From Myxococcota bacterium (GTDB lineage Bacteria; Myxococcota_A; UBA9160; JAFDDA01), in contig OZ245817.1 of NCBI GenBank assembly GCA_965228475.1, positions 3,744,001 to 3,808,000 of the forward strand: DNA of 64,000 nt, written 5' to 3'. The stretch's first letter is position 1. The number at the start of each line of letters is the position of its first letter. This document shows, piece after piece, positions 19,114-29,091 of this stretch. Both the position numbers and the translations under genes were made by a program. The notes beneath the pieces were generated by a model, which was not told where the DNA came from, did not search any database, and saw nothing but the letters and a program-made list of their open reading frames with translations.

Positions 19114-22100
19114 ATGCGCCCGATCGGAGCCACCACCCACATCGCCCTCGGCCAGACGCTCCTGCTGCTGAGCGTCCTGCTGGCCGCGCTGCTGATCGGC
19201 CTCGTGCCCGACCGCGAGGCGGCCCTGCGCGAAGGACGGACCGCCCTGGCCGAGTCCGTCGCCATCCAGGCCTCGGCGCTGGTCACGCGCTCGGACCGCC
19301 TCGCCCTCGAAGCCACGCTGCGCGCCACGGTCTCGCGCAACGAGAGCCTCCTCTCCGCCGCCCTGCGGCGCCAGGATGGCGTCGCCCTCGTCCGCGTGGG
19401 CGAGCATGACGCACGCTGGGACGACTCGACCGGCGAGGTCTCGACGGCGACCCAGATCGTCGTCCCGATCTGGTCGGCCGGGCGTCGCTGGGGCCGGATG
19501 GAGCTCCGCTTCGCACCGCTTGCCACCGGGGGGTTCCTCGGCGCCGCGAACAGCCCGACGGCAAAGCTCTTCGCCTTCATCGCCCTCGGAAGCTTCGCCG
19601 TCTTCTTCTTCTACCTGCGGAAGATGCTGCGCCACCTCGACCCCTCCCAGGCCGTGCCGCCGCACGTCCGCTCGGCGCTCGACACGCTCGCCGAGGGTCT
19701 GCTCGTGATCGACATGAAGCAGAACGTGGTGCTCGCGAACCAGGCCTTCGCCGAGCTGCTCGGCGAGCGGCCGGAGGAGCTGCTCGGCCGCAACGCCTCG
19801 GAGCTCGATTGGCACCGGCCCGAGGGCATGCTCGAGGAGGAGCCCTACCCCTGGCTGCGCGCGCTCTCGGAGGGCTGCCCCCAGCGCAACGACCTGATCC
19901 TGTTCCGGAACCCCGAGGGCGAGCTGCGGACGTTCCTCGTGAACTGCTCCCCCGTCCTCGGGAGCGGCGGCGAGTACGGCGGCGTGCTGATCAGCCTCGA
20001 CGACGTGACCCAGCTCGAGGAACACAAGGTCCAGCTGGCCCAGGCGAAGGAAGAGGCGGAGGCCGCGAACCAGGCGAAGAGCGACTTCCTCGCCAACATG
20101 AGTCACGAGATCCGCACGCCGATGAACGCGATCCTCGGCTTCACGGACGTTCTGCGCCGCGGCATGGGCAAGAGCGAGGCCGATCGGCAGAAGCACCTCG
20201 AAACGATCCATGCGAGCGGCGAGCACCTGCTCCAGCTCATCAACGACGTGCTCGACCTCTCGAAGGTCGAGGCCGGACGGCTCGAGGTCGAGCGCATCCC
20301 CTTCGCGCCGCATCTGCTCGTTCAGGAAGTGGCAAAGGTGCTCGGCGTGAAGGCGCGCGAGAAGGGTATCGGCCTCGACGTCGAGTTCAGCGGCGTCATC
20401 CCCGAGACGATGACCTCGGACCCGACGCGCCTGCGCCAGATCGTCACCAACCTGCTGTCGAACGCCATCAAGTTCACGGAGCAGGGCGGCGTCACGGTCC
20501 GCGCGCGGCTCGATCGGGAGGGCCCGGAGCCGGCCTTCGTGCTCGACGTCGCCGACACGGGCGTCGGGATGCCGCCCGAGGCGCTCGACTCGATCTTCGA
20601 GGCCTTCGTCCAGGCGGACACCTCGGTTACGCGGAAGTTCGGCGGCACCGGCCTCGGCCTCGACATCAGCCGCCGCTTCGCCCGCCTGATGGGCGGCGAC
20701 ATCACCGTCACGAGCGAAGTCGGGCGCGGCAGCACGTTCACCGTCCGCCTCGACCCGGGCCCCCTCGAGGAGGTCCGGCTGCTCGATCCGGAAGAAGCGC
20801 AGGCCGCGACGGCGAAGGCCGACGCGGAGGAAGACGGACACTGGGTCTTCCCCTCGCGGCGGATCCTCGTGGTCGACGACGGCGACGAGAACCGCGAACT
20901 CGTCCGGCTCGTCCTGAACGAGGCGGGCCTCGAGGTCGCCGAGGCCGAGAACGGCCAGGTCGGCGTCGACCGCGCCTGCGCCGAGCGCTTCGACCTCATC
21001 CTGATGGACATGCAGATGCCCGTCATGGACGGCTACACGGCGACGGCGACGCTCCGCGAACGCGGGCACGACCTCCCGATCCTCGCCCTCACCGCCAACG
21101 CGATGAAGGGCTTCGAAGAGAAGTGCCTCGATGCCGGTTGCAGCGGCTTCCTGACCAAACCGATCGACATCGACCTCCTGCTGGCGACGCTGGCCGAACG
21201 TCTGGGTGGCGAACGCCGGCCCGGGCCGGCACCGGGCAGCGTGCCTCCGGCGGAGACCGCGGACGCCGCCGCGTCCGAACCGGCGCTCGGGCCGATCGTC
21301 TCGCGCCTCGCCGGGAACCCGAAGCTGCGGCCGACGATCGAGAAGTTCACGGTACGCGTGGCGGAGCAGCTCGACGCCATGGACGCCGCCCTCACGGCGG
21401 CGAACTTCGAGGCGCTCGCGGGCCTCGGACACTGGCTGAAGGGTGCCGGCGGAACCGTCGGGTTCGATGCCTTCACCGAGCCGGCCAAGCGCTTCGAAGA
21501 CCTGGCCCGCGAGAACGATGCCGCGGGGCTCGGGCCGGTGCTCGCCGAACTCCGAGCGCTCGCGGGACGCATCGTCGTCGACCCGGCGCCGGCGACGGCG
21601 GGCGCACCGCTCGTCTCCCGACTGGCTGGCAACCCGAAGCTCCTCCCGACGATCGAGAAGTTCGCGACGCGGATCCAGGAGAAGATCGAAGCGATGCAGG
21701 CCGCGCTCGACGCGGCGGACTTCGAGACCCTGGCCGGCCTCGGGCACTGGTTGAAGGGCGCCGGGGGTACGGTCGGCTTCGACGCCTTCACCGAGCCCGG
21801 CAAACGGCTCGAGGAGCTCGCCCGCGCCGGGCAGGCAGCGGCCCTCGCCGACGTGCTCGCGGAAGTCCGGGCTCTCGCGAGCCGCATCTCGACCCGCCCT
21901 GCGGACGACACCTCTCCGCCCCAGGAGCCGATCGCGACGAGCGGCCCTGCGACGGTCACGGCGCAAACCGCCCCGCCGCTGGCCGAAGGACCCGTCGTCT
22001 CCCGGCTTGCCGGAAACGCCAAGCTCCGCCCCACGGTCGAGAAGTTCGTCGCGCGCCTCGCCCAGCGGCTCGAGGCGATGGAGTCGAGCCTGGCGGAACG

Positions 22101-22293
22101 GGACTTCGAGGCGCTGGCGGGCCACGCCCACTGGCTCAAGGGCGCCGGCGGCACCGTGGGCTTCGATGCCTTCACCGGCCCCGCCGCCGTTCTCGAGCAG
22201 CAGGCCCGGGCCGGCAAGGCCTCCGAGATCGAAGCGACGATCGCCGATCTCCGCAGCCTGGCGGACCGGATCGAACTGGAGCCTTCCCCCTAG
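19114..22293 (+). CDS. Membrane hybrid sensor histidine kinase (2 TM, PAS, HisKA, HATPase, REC, three HPt)
   Basis: [18 protein letters not shown] (H-box), [38 protein letters not shown] receiver; three (G/A)[12 protein letters not shown] repeats. Confidence 0.95.
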   Translation: MRPIGATTHIALGQTLLLLSVLLAALLIGLVPDREAALREGRTALAESVAIQASALVTRSDRLALEATLRATVSRNESLLSAALRRQDGVALVRVGEHDARWDDSTGEVSTATQIVVPIWSAGRRWGRMELRFAPLATGGFLGAANSPTAKLFAFIALGSFAVFFFYLRKMLRHLDPSQAVPPHVRSALDTLAEGLLVIDMKQNVVLANQAFAELLGERPEELLGRNASELDWHRPEGMLEEEPYPWLRALSEGCPQRNDLILFRNPEGELRTFLVNCSPVLGSGGEYGGVLISLDDVTQLEEHKVQLAQAKEEAEAANQAKSDFLANMSHEIRTPMNAILGFTDVLRRGMGKSEADRQKHLETIHASGEHLLQLINDVLDLSKVEAGRLEVERIPFAPHLLVQEVAKVLGVKAREKGIGLDVEFSGVIPETMTSDPTRLRQIVTNLLSNAIKFTEQGGVTVRARLDREGPEPAFVLDVADTGVGMPPEALDSIFEAFVQADTSVTRKFGGTGLGLDISRRFARLMGGDITVTSEVGRGSTFTVRLDPGPLEEVRLLDPEEAQAATAKADAEEDGHWVFPSRRILVVDDGDENRELVRLVLNEAGLEVAEAENGQVGVDRACAERFDLILMDMQMPVMDGYTATATLRERGHDLPILALTANAMKGFEEKCLDAGCSGFLTKPIDIDLLLATLAERLGGERRPGPAPGSVPPAETADAAASEPALGPIVSRLAGNPKLRPTIEKFTVRVAEQLDAMDAALTAANFEALAGLGHWLKGAGGTVGFDAFTEPAKRFEDLARENDAAGLGPVLAELRALAGRIVVDPAPATAGAPLVSRLAGNPKLLPTIEKFATRIQEKIEAMQAALDAADFETLAGLGHWLKGAGGTVGFDAFTEPGKRLEELARAGQAAALADVLAEVRALASRISTRPADDTSPPQEPIATSGPATVTAQTAPPLAEGPVVSRLAGNAKLRPTVEKFVARLAQRLEAMESSLAERDFEALAGHAHWLKGAGGTVGFDAFTGPAAVLEQQARAGKASEIEATIADLRSLADRIELEPSP

Positions 22294-22326
22294 AACCCGC
22301 GTGCTCCGGTCCGGGTCGCGCGTCCC

Positions 22327-22355
22327 TCAAGTCGGCGCGCCCCGTTGGCCGAAAA
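22327..22355 (+). promoter_or_regulatory. Sigma-28-like promoter before the REC-HPt genes
   Basis: TCAA-N17-GCCGAAAA in the 100-nt intergenic gap; spacer 1 nt longer than the other copies. Confidence 0.45.
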
Positions 22356-22396
22356 GCACCCAGGGGACGCGCGGTCCCCGGAGAGAAGCCGAGACG

Positions 22397-23206
22397 ATGT
22401 CCCAGGGAAACGTGGCCGCCGCCGAAGACGCGCAGGCCTTCCAGAGCGCCACCATCGTCGTCGTCGACGACGAGCCGACCACGGTCGAGATGATCGAGAT
22501 GTTCCTCGAGGCCCAGGGCTACGAGAACGTCGTGGCGCTCTGCGATTCTTCGAAGGCGGTCGAGACGATCCGCCGGTCGAAGGCAGATCTCGTCCTGCTC
22601 GACCTGATGATGCCGGACGTCGGCGGCCTCGACATCCTGCGAACCCTGGCGGCGGACGAGGTCCTCTCCTCGATTCCCGTCGTGATCTTCTCCTCGACGA
22701 CCGACCGCGAAGCCAAGCTCGAAGCGCTCGAACTCGGTGCCGCCGAGTTCCTCGCCAAGCCCGTCGACCCGAGCGAGCTCGCCCTCCGCGTTCGCAACAC
22801 CCTCGCCTACCGCGCCTACCAGCAGCGCTTCGGCCACAAAAAGGGCGCCGCCCATCTGCTCGATCGCATGGACCGTGCCCTGCGCCGGAGCGGCCCGATG
22901 ATCCGCTCCCGGCTCGGGAGCGACCCGCGCTACCGCCCCACGATCGAGCGCTTCGTCGCGCGCCTCGACGAGCGCCTCGACTGGATGGAGAAACGCCTCG
23001 AGAACGAGCAGTTCGAAGAGCTCGCCACCCTCGCCCACTGGCTGAAGGGCTCCGCCACCATGGTCGGCTTCGAAGCGTTCTCCGAGCCGGCGGACACGCT
23101 CGAGATCCTCGCCAAGAAACAGCGCACCGAAGAGGCACAGGAAGTCCTCGAAGAGCTCCACTCCCTCGCGGAGCGCATCGTGGTGGACGACGGCACCGAT
23201 GACTGA
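22397..23206 (+). CDS. Response regulator: receiver plus HPt domain
   Basis: VVVDDEP, LVLLDLMMP, FLAKP; C-term AHWLKGSATMVGF; ATG 22397. Confidence 0.9.
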   Translation: MSQGNVAAAEDAQAFQSATIVVVDDEPTTVEMIEMFLEAQGYENVVALCDSSKAVETIRRSKADLVLLDLMMPDVGGLDILRTLAADEVLSSIPVVIFSSTTDREAKLEALELGAAEFLAKPVDPSELALRVRNTLAYRAYQQRFGHKKGAAHLLDRMDRALRRSGPMIRSRLGSDPRYRPTIERFVARLDERLDWMEKRLENEQFEELATLAHWLKGSATMVGFEAFSEPADTLEILAKKQRTEEAQEVLEELHSLAERIVVDDGTDD

Positions 23207-23966
23207 TCGCGCCCCCGTCGAAGAAGCCGTGCTCGAGAGCCTGAAGGCCGCGCGGATCCTGATGGTCGACGACGAGCCGACCACGCTCGACGTCCTCGAG
23301 ATGTTCCTCGAAGCCGACGGCTATCTCGAGATCGTGAAGCTCTGCGATCCGGGCAAGGCCCTCGAGACCGTGGTCCGGATGGACCCGGACATCGTCCTGC
23401 TGAACCTGATGATGCCCGAGGTGTCGGGCCTCGACGTGCTCGAAGCCATGCGGGCGAACGAGGCGGTGCGCGACATCCCCGTCGTGATCATCACCGGCTC
23501 GGGCGACCCCGAACAGAAGCGCAAGGCGCTCGAAGCGGGCGCCAGCGACTTCCTCGGCAAGCCCGTCGACCCGAGCGAGCTCACGCTCCGCGTAAGGAAC
23601 CTCCTTGCCACGCGGCCGTTCCGGGAGGGCGCCGAGTTCGTTCCGTCGAAGCCGTCCGCGAGCGACGGCCCCTTGTCCGAGGAGCGCGTTCGCCGGATCG
23701 TGGAGACGTTCCTCGACCGCCTGCGCCCGCGCCTCGACGAGATGGACGCCGCCCTGGCCTGCCAGGACTTCGTCACGCTCGCGGAGCTGGCCCACTGGCT
23801 GAAGGGCTCCGCGGGAACCGTCGGGATCCACGACTTCACGGAACCCGCCGAGTCGCTCGAGGAGAGCGCCCGGGTCCAGGATGCACTCGGCTGCGGCACC
23901 GCGATGCGCACCCTGCGCCAGCGCCTCGAGCGTGTCGACGGCCGCCAGGAGTCCACGCCGTGCTGA
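23199..23966 (+). CDS. Atypical receiver (acceptor D->N) plus HPt domain protein
   Basis: MVDDEP, IVLLNLMMP (AAC at 23403-23405), FLGKP; AHWLKGSAGTVG. Confidence 0.9.
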   Translation: MTDRAPVEEAVLESLKAARILMVDDEPTTLDVLEMFLEADGYLEIVKLCDPGKALETVVRMDPDIVLLNLMMPEVSGLDVLEAMRANEAVRDIPVVIITGSGDPEQKRKALEAGASDFLGKPVDPSELTLRVRNLLATRPFREGAEFVPSKPSASDGPLSEERVRRIVETFLDRLRPRLDEMDAALACQDFVTLAELAHWLKGSAGTVGIHDFTEPAESLEESARVQDALGCGTAMRTLRQRLERVDGRQESTPC

Positions 23967-25711
23967 ACCAGGCGCGCGAGGGAACCAGCGAACCGGCCGA
24001 TTGCACCATCATGATGGTCGACGACGAGTCGACCACGCTCGACGTGATCGAGGCCTTCCTCCAGGGCGAGGGCTACGAGCGGTTCGTGATCGTCGAAGAC
24101 TCGCGCGAGGCCATGGACCAGGCCGAGCGGAACCTGCCGGACGTCATCCTCCTCGACCTGATGATGCCCCACGTCGGCGGGCTCGAGATCCTCGAGCAGC
24201 TCCGCGCGCACCCGAGGCTGAAGCGCACGCCGGTGCTGATCCTCACTTCGGCCACGGACCCCGAGACGAAGCTCAAGGCCCTCGAGCTCGGCGTGAACGA
24301 CTTCCTCGCCAAGCCGGTGGACGCGAGCGAGCTCGCCCTCCGGCTCCGCAACACGCTGACCGTGAAGGCACACCAGGACCGGCTGACCTACTACGACGGC
24401 CTGACGGGGCTTCCCAACCGCCTGCGCTTCACCGAGTGGCTCGACGAGTTCCTCGCCGGGCGGGCCGAGTCCGATGCGAACGCCGCCGTCTTCCACCTGC
24501 GGCTCGGCCGACTCCAGGAGATCTCCGACGCCTTCGGCCGCCCGGCGAGCCACGAGGCCCTGCGCATCGTCGCCGACCGCCTCCACGCGAGCCTCCAGCC
24601 GGGCGAGATCATGGGGAACCCCAACGCCCCCGAGCTACAGATCCTCTGCCAGGCGGGAGAAGGCGAGTTCCTGATCCTCCTCGAGGAAGCGGGCGACCCG
24701 GAGCGCGCCGCGCGCATCGCACGCCACGTCCTCGACCAGCTCAAGATCCCGGTCAACATCGGCGGCGAGGAGCTCATGGTGACGGGGCACCTGGGTGTCA
24801 CGCTCATCCCCGACGACGGCGAAGACGCCGAGACGCTGCTCGACAACGCGAGCCTCGCGCTCTCGCACGCCCAGGGCCTCGGCGGTTCGGGCTTCCAGTT
24901 CCACGACGAGACCCTGAACGCCGAGACCCGCGAGCGGCTCCACCTCGAGAGCCTCCTGCGCGGCGCCGTCGAGCGCGAAGAGGTCCACCTGCACTACCAG
25001 CCGAAGGTCGACGTCGAGAGCGGGCGGGTGGTCGGCGCCGAAGCGCTCATGCGCTGGCACAGCCCCGTGCTCGGCCAGGTCCCGCCCGACCGCTTCATCC
25101 CCGTCGCGGAGGAGTCGGACCTCATCGTGCGCCTCGGCTCCTGGGCCATTCGCACCGTCTGCTGGCAGATCCGCACCTGGCTCGATGCCGGCCTCCCGCC
25201 GATCTGCGTCGCGGTGAACGTCTCGAGCAAACAGTTCCGCACGGGCGACCTCGCGAGCGTCGTGCGCTCGTCGCTCGAAGACTTCCGTCTCGAAGGCCGG
25301 CACCTGGTGATCGAGCTGACCGAGAGCATGATCATGGAAGACCCCGCGGAGACCGCGCGCATCCTCGATGGCCTGAAGGCGCTCGGCGTCGCGATCTCCC
25401 TCGACGACTTCGGCACCGGGTACTCCTCGCTCAGCAACCTGAAGCGCTTCCCGATCACCGAGCTCAAGATCGACCGCTCCTTCGTGAAGGGCGTGCCCGA
25501 CGATTCGGACGACGCCGCCATCACCGCCGCGGTGATCGCGATGGGGCACGCGCTCGGGATGCGGCTCGTCGCCGAGGGCGTCGAGACCGAGGCCCAGGTC
25601 GACTTCCTGCGTGAGCGCGGCTGCGAGATCTACCAGGGATTCCTCTGCAGCCGGCCCCTGGCGGCCACGGACTGGCCGATGCTGCTCAGTCAGCTCGGCA
25701 CCGAAGACTGA
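23960..25711 (+). CDS. REC - degenerate GGDEF - EAL c-di-GMP phosphodiesterase
   Basis: Intact receiver; DGLTGLPNR but the A-site reads AGEGEF; EAL motifs YQPKV, EALMRW, VNVS, ELTES, DDFGTGYSSL, KIDRSFV, EGVET. Confidence 0.92.
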   Translation: MLNQAREGTSEPADCTIMMVDDESTTLDVIEAFLQGEGYERFVIVEDSREAMDQAERNLPDVILLDLMMPHVGGLEILEQLRAHPRLKRTPVLILTSATDPETKLKALELGVNDFLAKPVDASELALRLRNTLTVKAHQDRLTYYDGLTGLPNRLRFTEWLDEFLAGRAESDANAAVFHLRLGRLQEISDAFGRPASHEALRIVADRLHASLQPGEIMGNPNAPELQILCQAGEGEFLILLEEAGDPERAARIARHVLDQLKIPVNIGGEELMVTGHLGVTLIPDDGEDAETLLDNASLALSHAQGLGGSGFQFHDETLNAETRERLHLESLLRGAVEREEVHLHYQPKVDVESGRVVGAEALMRWHSPVLGQVPPDRFIPVAEESDLIVRLGSWAIRTVCWQIRTWLDAGLPPICVAVNVSSKQFRTGDLASVVRSSLEDFRLEGRHLVIELTESMIMEDPAETARILDGLKALGVAISLDDFGTGYSSLSNLKRFPITELKIDRSFVKGVPDDSDDAAITAAVIAMGHALGMRLVAEGVETEAQVDFLRERGCEIYQGFLCSRPLAATDWPMLLSQLGTED

Positions 25712-25902
25712 GCTCGCCGGCGCGACTTGGCCCTCCAGGCCGAGACTTCGACTCGAAATCCCCTCGGGGATCATCAACTTCCACGAAATAACCGAGTTTT
25801 TGCCGATTTCCCCAAGGGGATACTGGACTTTTCGGCTTGATCGGACGATTCTGCTCGAACGAACTCCCGGAGTACCGGGGGTCGCACCGAGCCGAGGAAG
25901 CC

Positions 25903-27630
<1,728 letters not shown>

Positions 27631-27632
27631 TC

Positions 27633-28166
27633 ATGAGCGCGCAGCCGATCCTGCACGACGACAAAGAAGAGATTCGCAGGCACCTCCACACGATCTCGCT
27701 GTTCGTGAACGACAAGCCCGGCGTGCTGGTGCGCGTGGCCCTGGTCTTCTCGCGGCGGGGCTACAACATCGAGAGCCTGGTCGTGAGCCCCTCGGCCCAG
27801 GGCGGGTTCTCGCGCATGACGATCACCTGCTCGGGCGCGCCGGACACGCTCGAGCAGATCATCAAGCAGCTCGCGAAGCTCGTGGACGTGGTCCACGCGA
27901 TCGACCACACGGACGGCAAGTCCTACGAGACCGAGATCGCCCTGGTGAAGATCGCGGCCGCCCTCGACCAGCGGACCCAGATCCTGCAGATCGCCGAGCA
28001 CTACGACTCCAAGGTCGTCGACTACGGCGCGGACTCGCTGATGCTCCGGATCTTCGGCTCGAGCGACAAGCTCGACGCCGCGATCGCCCTGCTCCGCCCC
28101 TTCGGCATCGTGGAGCTCGTGCGGTCCGGGAAGATCCTCATGGCCCGGGGCGCCGAGACCACCTAG
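27633..28166 (+). CDS. ilvN: Acetolactate synthase small (regulatory ACT) subunit
   Basis: HTISLFVNDKPGVLVRVALVFSRRGYNIESL...EQIIKQLAKLVDV; starts 2 nt after the ilvB stop. Confidence 0.95.
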   Translation: MSAQPILHDDKEEIRRHLHTISLFVNDKPGVLVRVALVFSRRGYNIESLVVSPSAQGGFSRMTITCSGAPDTLEQIIKQLAKLVDVVHAIDHTDGKSYETEIALVKIAAALDQRTQILQIAEHYDSKVVDYGADSLMLRIFGSSDKLDAAIALLRPFGIVELVRSGKILMARGAETT

Positions 28167-28197
28167 CCGCGCCTGCCGCGCCCGGGAACGGCCCGGC

Positions 28198-28225
28198 TCA
28201 AGGGCCCCGGCTCGACTGCCGATCC
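28198..28225 (+). promoter_or_regulatory. Sigma-28-like promoter; transcript would be near-leaderless for ATG 28233
   Basis: TCAA-N16-GCCGATCC. Confidence 0.55.
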
Positions 28226-28232
28226 GTTGCGC

Positions 28233-28982
28233 ATGGGAATCCGTGCGAGCAACACCGAGGCCTGCGACTTCCCGCCCACCCGCTGCACGCGGAGCTACCT
28301 CGTGGCCTCGAGCCCGGGCAGCGAAAGCCCCCTCCTGTGCCGCGCCCTCTGGGAGACCGGCGCCGCGGGCGCCCCGAAGGCGTACTTCGACCCGATCGAG
28401 ATGGAGGAGCTGACGGCCCGCTTCGCCTCGACCTCCGTGCGCGACTACACCCTTCGCCTGCTGCGGCTGCGAACGAGCTCGAACGGGGCCTTCGGACTGG
28501 ACATCGACTACGGCACCTTCCGCGATCAGATCCTCGAGCAGGACCTGCTCGGCCTCCTGCCCCGCCTGCGCTTCCTGAAGATCGACCGCGACGACCGGCT
28601 CGGCCAGGCGATCGCCTTCGTCCGGGGCCAGCGGGCCGGTTCGCGGGAGAGCGCCAAGGCCGGGGGCGAAGCGCGCTTCGATGCGGGCCGGATCTCGACC
28701 GCGCTCCAGAGGATCCACGGCGAGGAAGCGGCCTGGGAGCGGTTCTTCTCGCGGGAAGGCATCGAACCGTTCCGGGTCCGGCACGAAGCGCTCGACGAGG
28801 ACTACGCAGGAACGGTCCAGCGCGTCGTCGACTTCCTCGGCGTCACTCCGAAGCGTCCGCTTCCACCCGTGGCCGCAGCGCGGCGAGATCCCCGCGCCGA
28901 GGAGTGGCGGCGCCGCTACCTCGAAGCGACCCGCAGCCGGTGCCGCGGCCTCGCAGTCGGAGCGAGCGGCAGCGCGCCCTAG
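28233..28982 (+). CDS. Stf0-like sulfotransferase-fold protein with a degenerate PAPS-binding loop
   Basis: SYLVASSPGSESPLLC..L..TG.AGAPKAYF, RTSSNGAFG, RDDRLGQAI, WERFF...GIEPFRV.HEAL; start uncertain (28227 TTG or 28233 ATG). Confidence 0.7.
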   Translation: MGIRASNTEACDFPPTRCTRSYLVASSPGSESPLLCRALWETGAAGAPKAYFDPIEMEELTARFASTSVRDYTLRLLRLRTSSNGAFGLDIDYGTFRDQILEQDLLGLLPRLRFLKIDRDDRLGQAIAFVRGQRAGSRESAKAGGEARFDAGRISTALQRIHGEEAAWERFFSREGIEPFRVRHEALDEDYAGTVQRVVDFLGVTPKRPLPPVAAARRDPRAEEWRRRYLEATRSRCRGLAVGASGSAP

Positions 28983-29042
28983 CGCGCCGCACCCGCCCTC
29001 GGGCTTCCACTCCCCCGGGGCCCCGATTCATCCGGTCTTTCC

Positions 29043-29070
29043 TTTAGTTGCGGACCGTCCCTGCCGATGC
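29043..29070 (+). promoter_or_regulatory. Sigma-28-like promoter
   Basis: TTTA-N16-GCCGATGC, followed by GGAGG RBS and ATG 29092. Confidence 0.5.
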
Positions 29071-29091
29071 GTGAAGCGGAGGTGCGTACCC

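Noticed and set aside
25712..25902. ilvB attenuator leader peptide, and a GCCGATTT sigma-28-like -10 at 25802
   Set aside because: No short Leu/Val/Ile-rich ORF with a terminator; no matching -35 at the expected spacing
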